A DNA stretch of 63,933 nucleotides, filler included, from Kipferlia bialata (GCA_003568945.1; 6 parts of 6 records of this genome joined end to end with filler, not necessarily neighbours in it); one strand, 5' to 3'. Shown: positions 41,216 to 55,455, counted from the first letter of the whole stretch. Translations and numbers: made by a program. Notes: generated by a model from the sequence alone, not told the origin.

Positions 41216-44200
41216 CTACACCCCCTGTACTGTTGTTGTGGTGGTGACACTCACAGGTCTGGCACCGATGGTCCTAAGGGTGAGGGAGAGGGTGATATGG
41301 GTATAGAGAGTTATGGGTTCAAGTATTTATCATACATATACAGTTCGCAGGGAGAGAGAGGGATAGACATACTCAGGTCTGGCTCCTATAGTCCTAGCAG
41401 TCAGTGTAGACATATATATACTATATAGAAATGAACTAGTATATACTGGCCTATATACTCTGGCTACAGTTACGCTATGGCGTTCCCCTCAATGTGTTCC
41501 CGTATATACAGTAGTATACAGAAAGACTCTACCTCACGTCTATGACTGCGATAGCGTTCCCCTCGATGTGTATGAGGGTGGTCAGTGCCGCGAAATAGGG
41601 GTAGGCGACTATCCAGAGGGCAATGCCCTGGGGTCAGACATAAATACAATTTGCACACATATACATACACACACACAAAACTTAATATATATATATGTAT
41701 ACTAAATATATATTCCAATGTTAATGATTGATATGCGACTATCCAGAGGGCAATGCCCTGGAATCAGATTGATATAGCACATATACATATTAACACTGAT
41801 ACACATATAAAAGAAATATAATGAACAACAACGTAAACTGTCACATACAGAGACTAACCCGCACCTCGTACACGAGCATTTGACTAGAAGTATATGGAAT
41901 GCGATTCATAACAGATTGTAAATCCACACACACACGTACAAATACATATATATGTGTGACTCTATATATATATACATAGGCGTACCAGAGTGTATATTAT
42001 ATATGTGTTATTCTGCTCTATATGTGCCTCTATATATATACGTACCAGTATGTTCAACCACCCTGCCAGAACACTGATAGCCAGGGTGAATAGCTGGGGG
42101 TTAGATGGATACGGACATAGATATAGAGAGTGTGTGCAGCAGGGTGTGTCAGCATATAGTATATAGTACTATTAGAGTATATCTCTCTCTTTATCTATAT
42201 ATATGTTCTTACCAGCCACATGAGTGTGTGCAGCAGGGTGTGTCCGAAAAAATAGTATATAGTATATCGCAATGATAGGTCACTCTTTATAGTATATACA
42301 CATATATATAGAGAGATAGGTATATATATATATACACTCGGTGAATAGCTGGGGGTTAGATGGATATAGAGAGGGTACACAGAGTATACAATGTTGAGAA
42401 AACCAGTACTGGTGTGCTATATCATACTTACCAGCCACATGAATGTGTGCAGCAGTGTGTGTCTGCGGAGGGGTGCAGTGAACATGGCTGGGGTGAGACT
42501 GTATATATACTAACGCAGACGAATATATAGAAGATATATATCATTAGTGAACATGACTGGGGTGAGAATATGTATACGGATGTGTCAGTGTTGTGTAAGA
42601 CATACTAGGGATAGTGCAAAGAGTATTACGTATTAAGCTCAACGTGGGAGTGATACATAGTATATACTATATATACTTCATACACTATATCAAGCGTATG
42701 TACCTTTCAGGCTCCCTGTGACCTTGTGCGTGTCTGAGAAGAGCAAGACACTGATATACAATATATATACACATATATATATACTGTATAATATATATAT
42801 ATATAATATTCACTATATATACCTTTGAGGCTCCCTGTGACCTTGTGTGTGTCTGAGAATAGCATGGCAAGGGGCAGATGGGCAATGACAGTGCCTGGGG
42901 TGATATATAGGTGATATATGAATACGCCTCTCAATAAGTGACAGACAGATAATAGCAATGACAGTGCCTGGGGTGAGATACATCCAACTAACAAGGGCAT
43001 GTATGATTCCTATACAAATGTATTGTAATTATAGGTTGATTGATAAGACAATGACAGTGCCCGGGGTGAGATATATTAGTGTATACATGTGTATATATAT
43101 ACAATTATCCATATAAGAGTGTGTTGACACATATACATGTATGTACATATATATATGTGTATGTGTGTATCCTACTTACCTGCCATGATTGATGTGATCA
43201 GTGCTGGAACTGACCCAATACTTCCTGGGGTCAGTGCAGATTACAATAATACAAATAAGAATTATAGTATTTGCCATAAATATTATACATTATTATATAG
43301 AATGTATATTGGGTATTCAAGTTCATATTCAAGTCAAGATTTTGGCGGAATCCATACTCTCCACTCCCTCTTGTTACATACATATACATATGTATATGTG
43401 TATCTATGTATATCCATACCTACCACTGCCATGACCAGTGACACCCCCACCACAGCTAAGTATATATACATATGTATACATACTTGTATATATATATATA
43501 TGTATATATATATATGTATATACCATTACTACCTACCACTGCCATGACCAGTGATGTCACCACCACAGAGATCAGGAGGCACAGCACCATGGGCCAGTAT
43601 CTGGGTATTAATGAAAAGAGAAGGTACAGAATATATAGAGAATGTGTGTGTGTGGTATATGTGGTATGCTAATACTAATACATATGTATCAGGAGGCACA
43701 GCACCATGGGCCAGTATCTGGGTGTGAGAACAATAGAGAGAGAGAGAGAGAGAATCTTACGACCTATTGAACAACCAATTGACATACAACACAATTAGAC
43801 TACACTATATACACTTTACTATATAGATGGATGAATAGTACCTCCCCTTTCTGGCTGTCTTTGTCTACTCCAACCATTGTATCTCTACTTAACTATAATA
43901 AACTATACTCTACTACCCTATACTATACTATATAGTGTACTCTTGATACCTCCCCTTTCTGGCTGTCTTTGTCTACTCCTTGAACAGGGGCCACATACAT
44001 ATACTATTCATTTACAATATACATTGTCACTATTCCATATATACTACATATATACTATATAGTCAATATACTATAGTCTATATACCTCCCCTTTCTGGCT
44101 GTCTTTGTCTGCTCCTTGAACAGGGGGTGCTTACAGGTGGTGCCAAGTCTACAGTGAGAAACATGTATGCATCACACACGCATATATACATATATATATT

Positions 44201-44598
44201 TACAAAAGTATATATATAATAGTATTCATATAGTGTGGAAGAGAAGAGCCTCTGCACTGAACCGACCCACATACACTCATATATAATAGTAATCATACTG
44301 TTAGTACTACCACGCCTAGTACTGTCAGCCCCTGAGAGTCACTATAGCTGAGCGTATATGATGTACATCGAATGTACTCGTATATAGTGTATATACTGTA
44401 TACACTAATATATATGCTATACTATACGTACTGAGTGTCACCACAGCTGGTGTGTATATACTGTATACTCTGTATATAGATAGATGTATATATACAATAC
44501 TACACATACTATATACTATTAGTACCTGAGTGTCACCACCGCTGGTGTATATGCCGACAGGACATAGGGGGCATAGAGCAAGGCTCTGAGCATGAGGC

Positions 44599-44646
<48 letters not shown>

Positions 44647-46874
44647 GGCATAGGGGGCATAGAGCAGGGCGGTGAGTATAAGAACTAATATGTATCAATA
44701 TATAGTATAGAGCAGGGCGCTGAGAATGAGACATCTTAGCAATACTGTGTGCAGGGAATGGAGGGAGGGAGAGAGAGAAAGGGCATAGGGGGCATAGAGC
44801 AGGACCCTGAGCATAAGAACTACCATATGCCATATATGTATGTTGACATATTCACGGAAATGTACATGTATATATACATACAGCTATACAATGTAGGGGG
44901 CGTATAGCAGAGCCCTGGTGGTTAGAGACACACGTGGAAGAGAGAGAGAGATCTCAAGAAATAATACTATCCATTATCTTAGTACAATGAAACTATTATT
45001 CATTGATTAAGGAACCATTGTATATTGATTATAAGACTATTAGATCTAGATTATTCCGACCCAATGAGATACCAAGAAGTACTATCCATTTGTAAGTACT
45101 ATATAGCTATTGAATATTGATTAGCACCCACCCGATGAGACCGACAGCAAAGAGCAGAAGGGTGATGGGCCATGCACCTGGTGTTAATGATGCAACGTAA
45201 TACATGTAGCACATACATTGCAAGAGAGAGAGAAAGATCAGTATCCAACACTCTATAGAAGAATACTAATGTAAATATCTATATATTACTGTATATATAC
45301 GAACTTACAAATCGGAATACGAACCCAAACATCAGTGGGACGTATCCCCACTAAAGATTGTATACTGATGCATGTATGTATATATACACACTCATATATA
45401 CCTACAAATAGGAATATGAACCCAAACATCAGGGGGACGTATCCAATACACTGAAATACATCTACTGATGTATATGTAAACATTAATGGACATGTAATCA
45501 CCTACTAATAGGAATATGAACCCAAACATCAGTGGGACGTATCCACCGAGTGCCAAAAGGCCAAAGGATATGAGGGTCTGGAGGAGGGTGGTGCCAAAGT
45601 TAACCTGGAATAAGGGTCTAGAGAGAGAGAGAGAGAGAGAGGAATCAAAGGATATGAGGGTCTGGAGAAGAGTGGTGCCAAAGTTAACCTGGATTAAGGG
45701 TCTAGAGAGAGAGGGAGAGAGAGGAATCAAAGGATATGAGGGTCTGGAGGAGGGTGGTGCCAAAGTTAACCTGGAATGAGGGTGTAGAGAGAGAGCCCAT
45801 ACCAATATGTCATAGTATACGCTTTCCTAAACTGGCGTGACCTCCATGTATCAATTATTATACCTCAATTGTAATACCTCAGGCACATACATAGTATGTA
45901 TGATACATACTCTCTAATACTTCATACAATTGTTGCAGCTCACCTGGCATAACCTCCATGCCGTGCATATACACTCTATACATGTACCATCGATATTCAC
46001 ACATACGCATATATACATTAATATACATAACCTACCTGGCATAACCTCCATGCCGTGCATATACACTCTATACATGTACCATAGATATTCACACATACGC
46101 ATATATACATTATTATATATACCCTACCTGGCATAGCCTCCATGCTGTGCCGAAGAGGGACCTAATAATGTATACACTGTATATACACTATATATAGCAT
46201 GTACATATGTAGTATATGAATGTATTCATATATATACACACTTGGCATATATATACCTGGCATAGCCTCCATGCCGTGCCGAAGAGGGAATAGAATCAAC
46301 ATACACTATGTATACGTATTATGTATATATATGTGTATGTATACACATACATACACCACCTGGCATAGCCTCCATGCCGTGCCGAAGAGGGACCCATTAC
46401 TATATACACAATAACTATATATATACCTGTATGAATAATACATATATATATATATATACCACATATACCCTACCTGGCATAGCCTCCATGCCGTGCCGAA
46501 GAGAGACCCAATAGTCTCAAACCTAGGGGTGAGGGTATATATATGAAGATAGCATTTTAGTATGTAAACACAATATATATACATGTATACTCATAGGAAG
46601 AGGGAAGAGAGACCAATAGGTCTCCAACCCAGTGCTCTGTCGACATACCCTTGGGTGCTAGGCTGAATATAGTCATATTCCCATATATATATATACACAC
46701 ATATATATATAAATATATAGGTATATAATTGCATACACATACAGGTATTTGTATATATACCTGATGGGTGCTCTATCGACATGGCCAGGTGTGTATGTGT
46801 GGAGGGAGGGGGCAGCGGTGACAGCTGGGGTGAGATATATAGTATGGTTAGAGAGAGGGGAGAGAGAGGGGGGG

Positions 46875-46911
<37 letters not shown>

Positions 46912-47419
46912 ATGTGTGGAGGGAGGGGGCAGCAGTAACAGGTGGAATGAGATATAGAGTATAACGGTATATATATGAAGAGAGAGAGAAGGATTTAGAA
47001 GGAGAGAATAGATCAAGTACCTGTCACACCTCCAGTTGTGACCACAACAGGTGCATATCGCATGTATATATTCTATATATACAGGAATACTATACACCAA
47101 TAGTATCCTGATACGGATAGAGTAGTAGTACCTGTGACTCCCCCGGTTGTGACCTGGACAGGTGCCTCTCATGTGTAAATATTACTATACTATGTATTCA
47201 TAATGAATTCCACTAGTATAAGGATCCTGTTATTGATAATAGTACCTGTGACTCCCCCAGTTGTGACCTGGACAGGTGCATAAAGTATGTAAATATATAT
47301 ACATATATACATATATACTCTATGTCTGCATGAAAAATATACTAAATACCAATAGTAGTCAGATACTGTGTACCTGTGACCCCTCCAGTTGTGACCTGCA
47401 CAGGTGCATACACGACAGG
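41216..47419 (-). CDS. Polytopic membrane protein (about 6 TM), resembling DUF975/YciC/GDPD-membrane-domain-type proteins; 5' truncated
   Basis: Exons splice in frame to ..PIRFETIGSLFGTAWRLCQVNFGTTLLQTLISFGLLALGGYVPLMFGFIFLLVGAWPITLLLFAVGLIGALLYAPYVLSAY..RKGRYWPMVLCLLISVVVTSLVMAVVGSIGSVPALITSIMAGTVIAHLPLAML..GSLKAMF..FMWLLFTLAISVLAGWLNILGIALWIVAYPYFAALTTLIH..QGV* (TAG at 41216). Confidence 0.75.
45830..46395 (-). repeat. Donor-side exon-echo array in the membrane-protein gene, about 6 copies
   Basis: On the + strand acctggcata(g/a)cctccatgc recurs near 45832 (degenerate), 45943, 46035, 46127, 46256 and 46359. The true exon is 46474-46522. Confidence 0.9.
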
Positions 47420-47538
47420 CTGGGGTGAGAGGTATATAGATACAGATGTACATATATATACACATATAAATACATATGTATAGAGAGGTGCATACACGAC
47501 AGGCTGGGGTCAGTCTATACGTATATGTTGCATCAGAG

Positions 47539-47638
47539 NNNNNNNNNNNNNNNNNNNNNNNNNNNNNNNNNNNNNNNNNNNNTTAATTAATTAANNNNNN
47601 NNNNNNNNNNNNNNNNNNNNNNNNNNNNNNNNNNNNNN
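47539..47638. other. Artificial contig-joining linker
   Basis: Same 100-bp structure. Confidence 0.97.
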
Positions 47639-47698
47639 GGGGGGGGGGGGGGGGGGGGGGGGGGGGGAGAGAGAGAGAGAGAGAGAGAAAGAGGTCAC

Positions 47699-48433
47699 CG
47701 TGCCGGTCAAAAGTGACTTGTCTGAGTAATGGGGGGGTATGTCTTAACCAAGATAGCATAGGATTATATCTATATCTTCACGTACTGGTCATCTGCCATT
47801 GAGTACTCGAGCCAGTAAACAAACCCACACAGGAGAAGAACACCAATGACGGAAGCTGAGGGTTAGGGGAGGGAGGGTGGAGAAAGAGGCCGAGAGAGAG
47901 AGAGAGAGGAACTGAGAAGGTCACCAATAACAGAAGCTGGGGGTAAGGGGGGAGAGCGAGAGAGGGGGGGCACTAACTAGAAGTATGGGAGAGAGAGCGC
48001 AAAGGAAGTGGTATACGGGTAGGAGAGAGCGTACAAGAGAACGACATATGGAGAATATGCGTAGGAGGGAGAGACAAGGGGACAACGTCACTGAGGAGGG
48101 CAAGAGGGCAAGAGAGAGGGGCTGAAAGTGAACCGTATTGCTATGCTTCTGCTCGAAAGTCATGTGTATATTACCTATGATTGTGTTCCTGATCAGCTGC
48201 TTGGTGCACTTGGAAGGCTCATTCTGGGGACTGGGTGAGAGACAGATGGAGACAGAGGGTAAGAGAGAAAGCGATTGGGTGTTTCACAGCAAACAACTGT
48301 CCCAAATGTGAAGGAGGTTAGATGAAGTACTTCATCACTTCCTTGTGTGATTCATTACTTCCTGGTGTGGTTTACAATCTGCAGTACCAACTCACCTGCC
48401 CCCAGAGAGCAGAGAGGCCGTCTCACTTCCCAT
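47699..48433 (-). CDS. N-terminus of a protein with a single N-proximal TM anchor (type II-like); 3' part lost at contig edge
   Basis: ATG at 48433. MGSETASLLSGGS|PQNEPSKCTKQLIRNTII|ASVIGVLLLCGFVYWLEYSMADDQ|QVTFDRH.. comes from four phase-consistent exons. Confidence 0.65.
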
Positions 48434-48923
48434 ATGCGTCAAGGTAAACATAGAGAGAGAGAGGATATTCGACCTTCATACGTTTGTCATCATTAATACG
48501 GTCGAAAAGGGGTTCACTTTTTAGCAGATGCTGCAATATAGCAACACTAGAGAGGGTTACAATAGGGTGTCACTAGCGTTCACAATTTTACGTTCTGATG
48601 ATAGCCTATAGTGGAGAAGGGGATGTCATCTGAACACACATATATAAATATAACAAATACGTTAGAACTGGAAGAAAACGCACTCCGTAATCATATATTC
48701 TATTCTAACATTCACACGTGAGGACACTTGCTCTCTGCAGCTCGTACTCACTATTCATTATCAAGGGTGGCTACTACGAGTATATACCCATACTGACACA
48801 CCCTCTTCACTCTCTACACCCTCTAGTCCCTCTAGTCCCTTTAGAGCCATGTCTCGGAACAGTAAGAGTATACATACACTCCATACTGCACTCCCCCTAT
48901 AGACTCTAGACGCTCCAGGCCAC

Positions 48924-49027
48924 TTAGAGCCATGTCTCGGGCATCACAGTCACGTACTGGTCAGCGATGGTGCTGGGCCTGAGGTCACTGCCGGCAAAGA
49001 GACCGGCCATGCGGTAGGTCCTGGGGT

Positions 49028-49063
<36 letters not shown>

Positions 49064-49097
49064 CAAAGAGACCGGCCATGCGGTAGGTCCTGGGTGT

Positions 49098-49128
<31 letters not shown>

Positions 49129-51134
49129 ATAGAGAGAGAGAGAGAGAAAGAAAGAGAGAGAGAGGGAGTATAGGGTCATACCTGTAAGACTGGATTCCCT
49201 TTGCCTCCCAGGCTGTCCTGAGTGCACCGCTCATCTCCAGCTCCACAGCGTATGTGCCACCTGTCACCATCATGTTGTCACCGAAGAGAGGGTCAGACAG
49301 ACCGCAGGAGAAGTAGACACCTATAGTGAGGAGTCGCAGCACTGTACAGAAAGAAACCGTGTATACATACAGTATGCAGTATATCGGGTACATACACACC
49401 TGTGTCGAGCACTGCACTGGATCCCAGGTAGGGACAGAACACAGGGAGCTCGTAGTCAAAGACCTGCCGTGAGGATATATATAATATACAGTGTAGGAGT
49501 AGAGTCCACAAATGTCACAGTTAGGTTATTTATAGTGATACATAGTGATACAGAATATATGCAGCTCGTAGTCAAAGACCTGTAATGCCAGTATTCTGGC
49601 AGGTACACTCTATGACATATTATTGAACAGCATCTAACCTGGTAGATCTCCTGCCTAGCCTCGTTGACCAGGTAGAGCTGGCCTCTGGAGTGAGAGTATA
49701 ATTATGATACACAATATATACATATATACTGATACTCATATATATATACAGAATATATACTGATACCTGGAGTGTGCGTCGTGGTTGCGCTCGGGGAGGT
49801 ACCTCTCTCCATTGTTGTTGGAGAAGACAGACATGGCATACAGGTCGGGGTGGCCTAATATAAGGGGGAGAGAGAGAGAGAGAGAGAGATGTGGCATACA
49901 GGTCGAGTGGCCTAGACAGAAACAAATGAAGGGGGAGAGGGATTGTTGATGGAGAAGAATACGTGTAGGATTAGTAGAATACATAGACAACCATATATGT
50001 ATAGTGAGAGAGATAGGAAAGGTGTCTACCCTACCTGCAATACCAGTGGCGATGGGGTTGTGCTGGTGGGACCACAGCCAGGGGAACTCCCTCTCGACAG
50101 CCTGGGGGTTAACAGGTATTGATAAATACAACATAAATGGCTGTAACACAAATACAACATAAATGGCACTGGGGTAATGTAACCATCTAAAGAGAGGAAC
50201 TCCCTGGGTGGGAAGGGTATGTCAAATGTACAGAATATATATACATAAGCATATCTACAATATATATATACTATAGACTAACTAACCTCTCCCTCTCCGT
50301 CCACCAGAGTGAACTCAGCAAGGTCAAAGTGGACATCTCCAGTGCCGTCTCCATGGAGACCAACGTCAACCTAGAGGGTGAGAGAAGGATATATACATAC
50401 ATATATATTGAGGGGGAGAGAGAAAGAAAGAGGTACACTGAGTCCTGTGCCCTGACTAACAGCATGATGCCCCAACACTTCCTATATACATCCGCATGCA
50501 TATATATATGTACACACTTACATATATCTATACCTTGTACACAGCGTCCTGGGCCCTGACCGACAGCAGGATGCCTCCATCGGGCATGGGGGAGAAGGAG
50601 TTGCAGTGGAAGGTGTCGAAGGCAATGTCAGAGCCGTAGATGGGGGCATCGCTAAGGAGGGACTGGGGGTAAGAGGAACAGTAAGCTGAAAAAATACAAT
50701 AGTAAACATCAAATCAGTGAAGGAATATATCTAAGTGTATGTCAGAGCCGTAGCTGGGGGCATCGCCAAGGAGGGACTGGGGTAAGAAGAGGATATGCAG
50801 AGCATACAATAGACAGCTGATATACACACCTTGTTGAAGTTGACTGAGACGTATGGCAGGTCGGACAGGTCCTTCTTGATGTTGTCGTAGGACCTCCAGA
50901 TCCACTTGGGCTCCTTGGTGTGGCGGTTGAAGGCTGAGAGTGAGATGGAGTATTGAGAGTGTAAAAGTGTTATACTACACGATCTGTGACAAGTCTGTGA
51001 CAAGGCGTGACGCACCCAGGATGAAGTCTGTCTGGTGCTGGGGCACCTGGTCCCACATGTCCTCGGCTAGGGGGTACTCGAGGATCTTGGCAGCATCGAA
51101 CCAACCAGACAGGCCGGGGTAGTACATGGGGTCC
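48924..51134 (-). CDS. Arylsulfotransferase (ASST)-like beta-propeller, C-terminal portion only
   Basis: Exons: DPMYYPG..QTDFIL|AFNRHTKEPKWIWRSYDNI..|..FDTFHCNSFSPMPDGGILLSVRAQDAVYK|VDV..|..WSHQHNP..|..MSVFSNNNG..S|RGQLYLVNE..|VFDY..YLGSSAVLDT|GVYFSCG..IQSY|RTYR..ETWL* (TAA at 48924). The motifs DxxHxNS, xSxR, xQH, FxN and YR match the ASST family order. Confidence 0.75.
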
Positions 51135-51277
51135 CTAAGGGTAAAGGGGTGGGGGGGGGGGGGGGGGGGGTAGGGGATGATTATGAGAATGTCACTCTTA
51201 ATCTTCATCGATTCAATTGAGGAAGCAAATGTAAATTGTGTTGGTACATTTGTGTATACATATAGATCCATCCACAC

Positions 51278-51615
51278 CTTCCTCGACATCTGTCTGTGCA
51301 TGCGCTCCCCAGCATGGGCATCACTCACCTGGGGTGAGCGATGCATCTCATATATATATATATATATATATATAGATATATGATGCAAATGAGGTTGATG
51401 ATATAATAGAATGTATGTGCAGTGTATACAGCTGAGCACAGCTGAGCTTAGCCGCATATTATAAACAGAACTATGACACAATGGAATGCATACATATATA
51501 TATATATACATTCGTACCATGGGAGTGGGACCGCAGGATGTGGTCTGTGCATCAGACATGCTCAGTTCAAGTCTGGTAGTGAGGGGTAGATATATGTATA
51601 TACACAGGCAGACAA

Positions 51616-51650
<35 letters not shown>

Positions 51651-51736
51651 CTGTGCATCAGACAGCTTGAGTCTGGTCATTAGGGGAGAATATATATCCA
51701 TTTATCTATCTCAAACACAAAAGGACCAAGAGAGAC

Positions 51737-51780
<44 letters not shown>

Positions 51781-52056
51781 AGAAACAATGGGATACCTGT
51801 CCAGGGCACATGGGGGGAAGTATGTCGTGTCGAGGTCATTCTCAAGCTGTGGCACAAAGTATGGCCGAACGTCAAAGAGAGGCCGGCCCCAGCTAGTGGT
51901 TAGAAAGAGCAATCGACACAGGAATATACTAAATGAACTGTTTACATATACGCACCTTATAGGGTCTATGACCAGGTCCATCCCGTCCTCATACCCCTGG
52001 CCAGTGGGGGAGTAGGCAGAGGACTCTGGGAGGGGCATGCCTAGAGTTAGAGGATA

Positions 52057-52090
<34 letters not shown>

Positions 52091-55000
52091 TGGTCAGTGG
52101 GGGAGTAGGCAGAGGTCTCGGGGAAAGGCATGCCTGAGGGGGGTAGGGTAATACACTAACTCTAGCGGCTATTAAGTGAATGTGTATATAGATATGTATA
52201 TATATAGAGAGAGAGAGGGTATGAGAGAGAGATCTTTATACCTGTGAAGTATGAGTGTGTCCTCAGGCTCTCCAGTGAGTTGGGCTCCCCTGGCTTCCCA
52301 GCTCCTGAGGTGAGGTAAGTATATATATATATATACATGTGAATATATATCTGAGAGAGAGAGTGTGTGTGTGTGTAATATACCTAGTCCGTCGCTGGGT
52401 GAGCTCAGCAACTGACAGAGCAGATATCTACCTATCAACCTATATATATAGATAGAGAGAGAGAGAACTATATAGTGCATATATATGTACCTAGCCTATC
52501 ACTTGGTGAGCTCAGCAACTGACAGAGCAGGTCCCAGCACTCATTGGTGAAGAGACCCTCGGGGCGCTCAGGTGGCCTGGGGTCAGAACTAGAACACACA
52601 TAACTATAAAATATTACACCATTCCACATCTGTACCCATGCTCCGAGCTACCATAATGGGCAAGGACTTTGCATAGTAATATAATAACTATCAAATATAG
52701 TATATATTAGTAATAGAATGTATACAAAATATGAATCATGTACCTGTATCCCAGCTCCGTGACAATCTCAAATATGTGCTGGGGGGAGGTGCCACAGAAA
52801 GGGGCATAGCCTGATGGTTAAGTATACTACATATTAAATGAATATAGAAGAACATAATTATAGAACCTTATAGAAACATAATTATATCAAATATGTGCTG
52901 GGGGGACGTGCCACAGAAGGGGGCATAGCCTGATGGTTAAGGTCCAAATGACAATCAACAAATGGATTTAACATATTACTAAAGTGCGTGAGAGTGTGTC
53001 TAACCTGCCACCATCTCAAACAGGATGCACCCCAGGGACCAGAAGTCAACACCCCTGCCATAGCCCTCGCCTGAGGGTAAGGGGGGACATGTATGTGTGT
53101 ATATGCAAATAGTACTACATACAGTGTAATACATATAGTCAACACCCCTGCCATAGTCCTGGCCTGATAGTGAGGGTATATATATATAAATATATGTACA
53201 TATACATCAAGTACTAACTAAACTATAGTATATATAGTCCTGGCCTGGAAGTAAGGAAGTGCGAGGTCGTGATGTATATAAGGTGGTGATAGGATATGTA
53301 TTGCAATGTGTTACCTGACACAACCTCTGAGATGCAGATACTGGGATATATATGTTAGGGGAGAGGGGTACTGTGATTCACTGAGGAGACAGGGTTCAAA
53401 GAGTGGGATGAATAGGGCATGAAACTGAACTGTGATACCTGACACGACCTCAGGTGCCATGTAGGCTGGGGTGCCAACCACACTGTAGGCAAGGTAGCTG
53501 GACATCAGTATATAGTCATAACAGTATACAAGTATATAAAGATGTATCTTAATACATTAGTGCTACCATGCTGTAGGCAAGGAAGCTGGACATTAGTATA
53601 TATGTGAAGGCACACACATATATGTGATACTCCCTAAGCTTGTACTAAAAGGGATGGGATATTACCATTGTGAGTATAGTGAGCACTGATGTACCTGTTC
53701 ACCATCCCCCCACTGCTGCTACTCTCCAGGGCACGGTCACTGGACACAGACGTGTCTCGGGCCTAGAGGGGTGAGAGGGGAATATATATATATATACATA
53801 CATATACACATAATACTATCAATACCATAATACTATCAATACGTAGCGAATACCTTCTCCTCGGCTGTCTGTACCAGCTTGGCCACATTCAATACATATT
53901 ACCACATATATATGCATATGTTCCACTCACAAGCTTAGCATATCCATACCTTCTCCTCTGCTGTCTGCACCAGCTTGGCCAGACCAAAGTCATTCACTAA
54001 ACAATAGACTTGTATATATCACAATAGTATTTATACAAATATATATATACATATAATGTATATACATCCAATATATGTGGTGAGTACCTTCTCCTCTGCT
54101 GTCTGCACCAGCTTGGCCAGCCCAAAGTCAGCCAGCAGAAGGTGGCCTGGGATTAGAAGTATTAACAGGTATACTCATATCATTTATATGTACGATTGTA
54201 ACCTTCAATTCTATGATGATTACACAGCCTTCAAAGGACAAATATCTATGACAGTTCCATATGAAGATTGAAAGAATGGCACTTGCCCACACCTGACTTG
54301 CACTGCGGAAAGATAGTAAACAAATAGTAAGCAATAGAGTCAGCAATTGACAGTGTCCCCACCTGACTTGGCCACTAGGAAGTTGCTGGGCTTGATATCC
54401 CTGGGGGTGAGGGGAGGAATGAGGAGACATAGAAAGGGAGAGCAAGAGAAATAGAGAGAGTATGTGTCTGGGATCAACATGGGTGAAATTGATGCATAAT
54501 TCCCTTATCATACATGAGAAAGAGCGGCTGAGGGTAATAAGGGAAAAAATTGTGAATATTGTGGGATATAGGTATTCTCCTATCCTACCTGTGCACAAAC
54601 CCTGAGTCGTGCAGCAGTGAGACAGACTCAACCATCTCGGCAAAGTACAGCCTGGGGGTAAGGTTACTACTACAATATCCAGACGCATCCAAGAGTAAAA
54701 ACACAGTATATATAGTGTATAGTGAGACAGACTCCACCATCTCGGCAAAGTACAGCCTGGGGGTAAGGTTACTACTATACAATCCAGCCACATCCAAGAG
54801 CAAATACACAGTATACATAGTGTACAGTGAGACAGACTCAACCATCTCGGCAAAGTACAGCCTGGGGTGAGGTCACCATACAAATTGAAGGGACTATACA
54901 AGAGTAGTAGGTGAGGGGAATCGATGGCGGGTGGGGAGAGCATAACAGTATACGAAGTACACATATACGTAGTATACAACCACCTCGGTTAAGTGCAGCC

Positions 55001-55140
55001 TGGATATATACAAAGAATGCTACAAGGGCAGTACATGTTGTACAATCTGTAGAGTATACCTAGCAGCATCTTCTGGGAATGCCCCCACCATGGAGAGTAG
55101 GTATACATCTATAGACAGAGTATCACTATACCATACATAC

Positions 55141-55173
<33 letters not shown>

Positions 55174-55413
55174 GTACTCTAAATATGAATGTACCTAGCA
55201 GCGTCCTCTCGGAATGCCCCCACCATGGAGAGGTGTGTATATAGCATACCACCAAATATATATATCTAGTAGTCTATCATATATATACATACATATAATA
55301 CCTAGCAGCGTCCTCTGGGAATGCCCCCACCATAGATAGTAGGTTGGAGAAGTCACCCCCGTTGGCATAGTCCATGACAAAGAACAGGGCGTCCTAGGCA
55401 TAAATACATACAT

Positions 55414-55455
<42 letters not shown>

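Noticed and set aside
18954..48926. Alternative genetic code (TAA/TAG = Gln, as in some diplomonads)
   Set aside because: Annexin and the ASST-like gene end in TAA and the ENT ends in TAG at the expected positions. The reconstructed exons needed no in-frame TAR.
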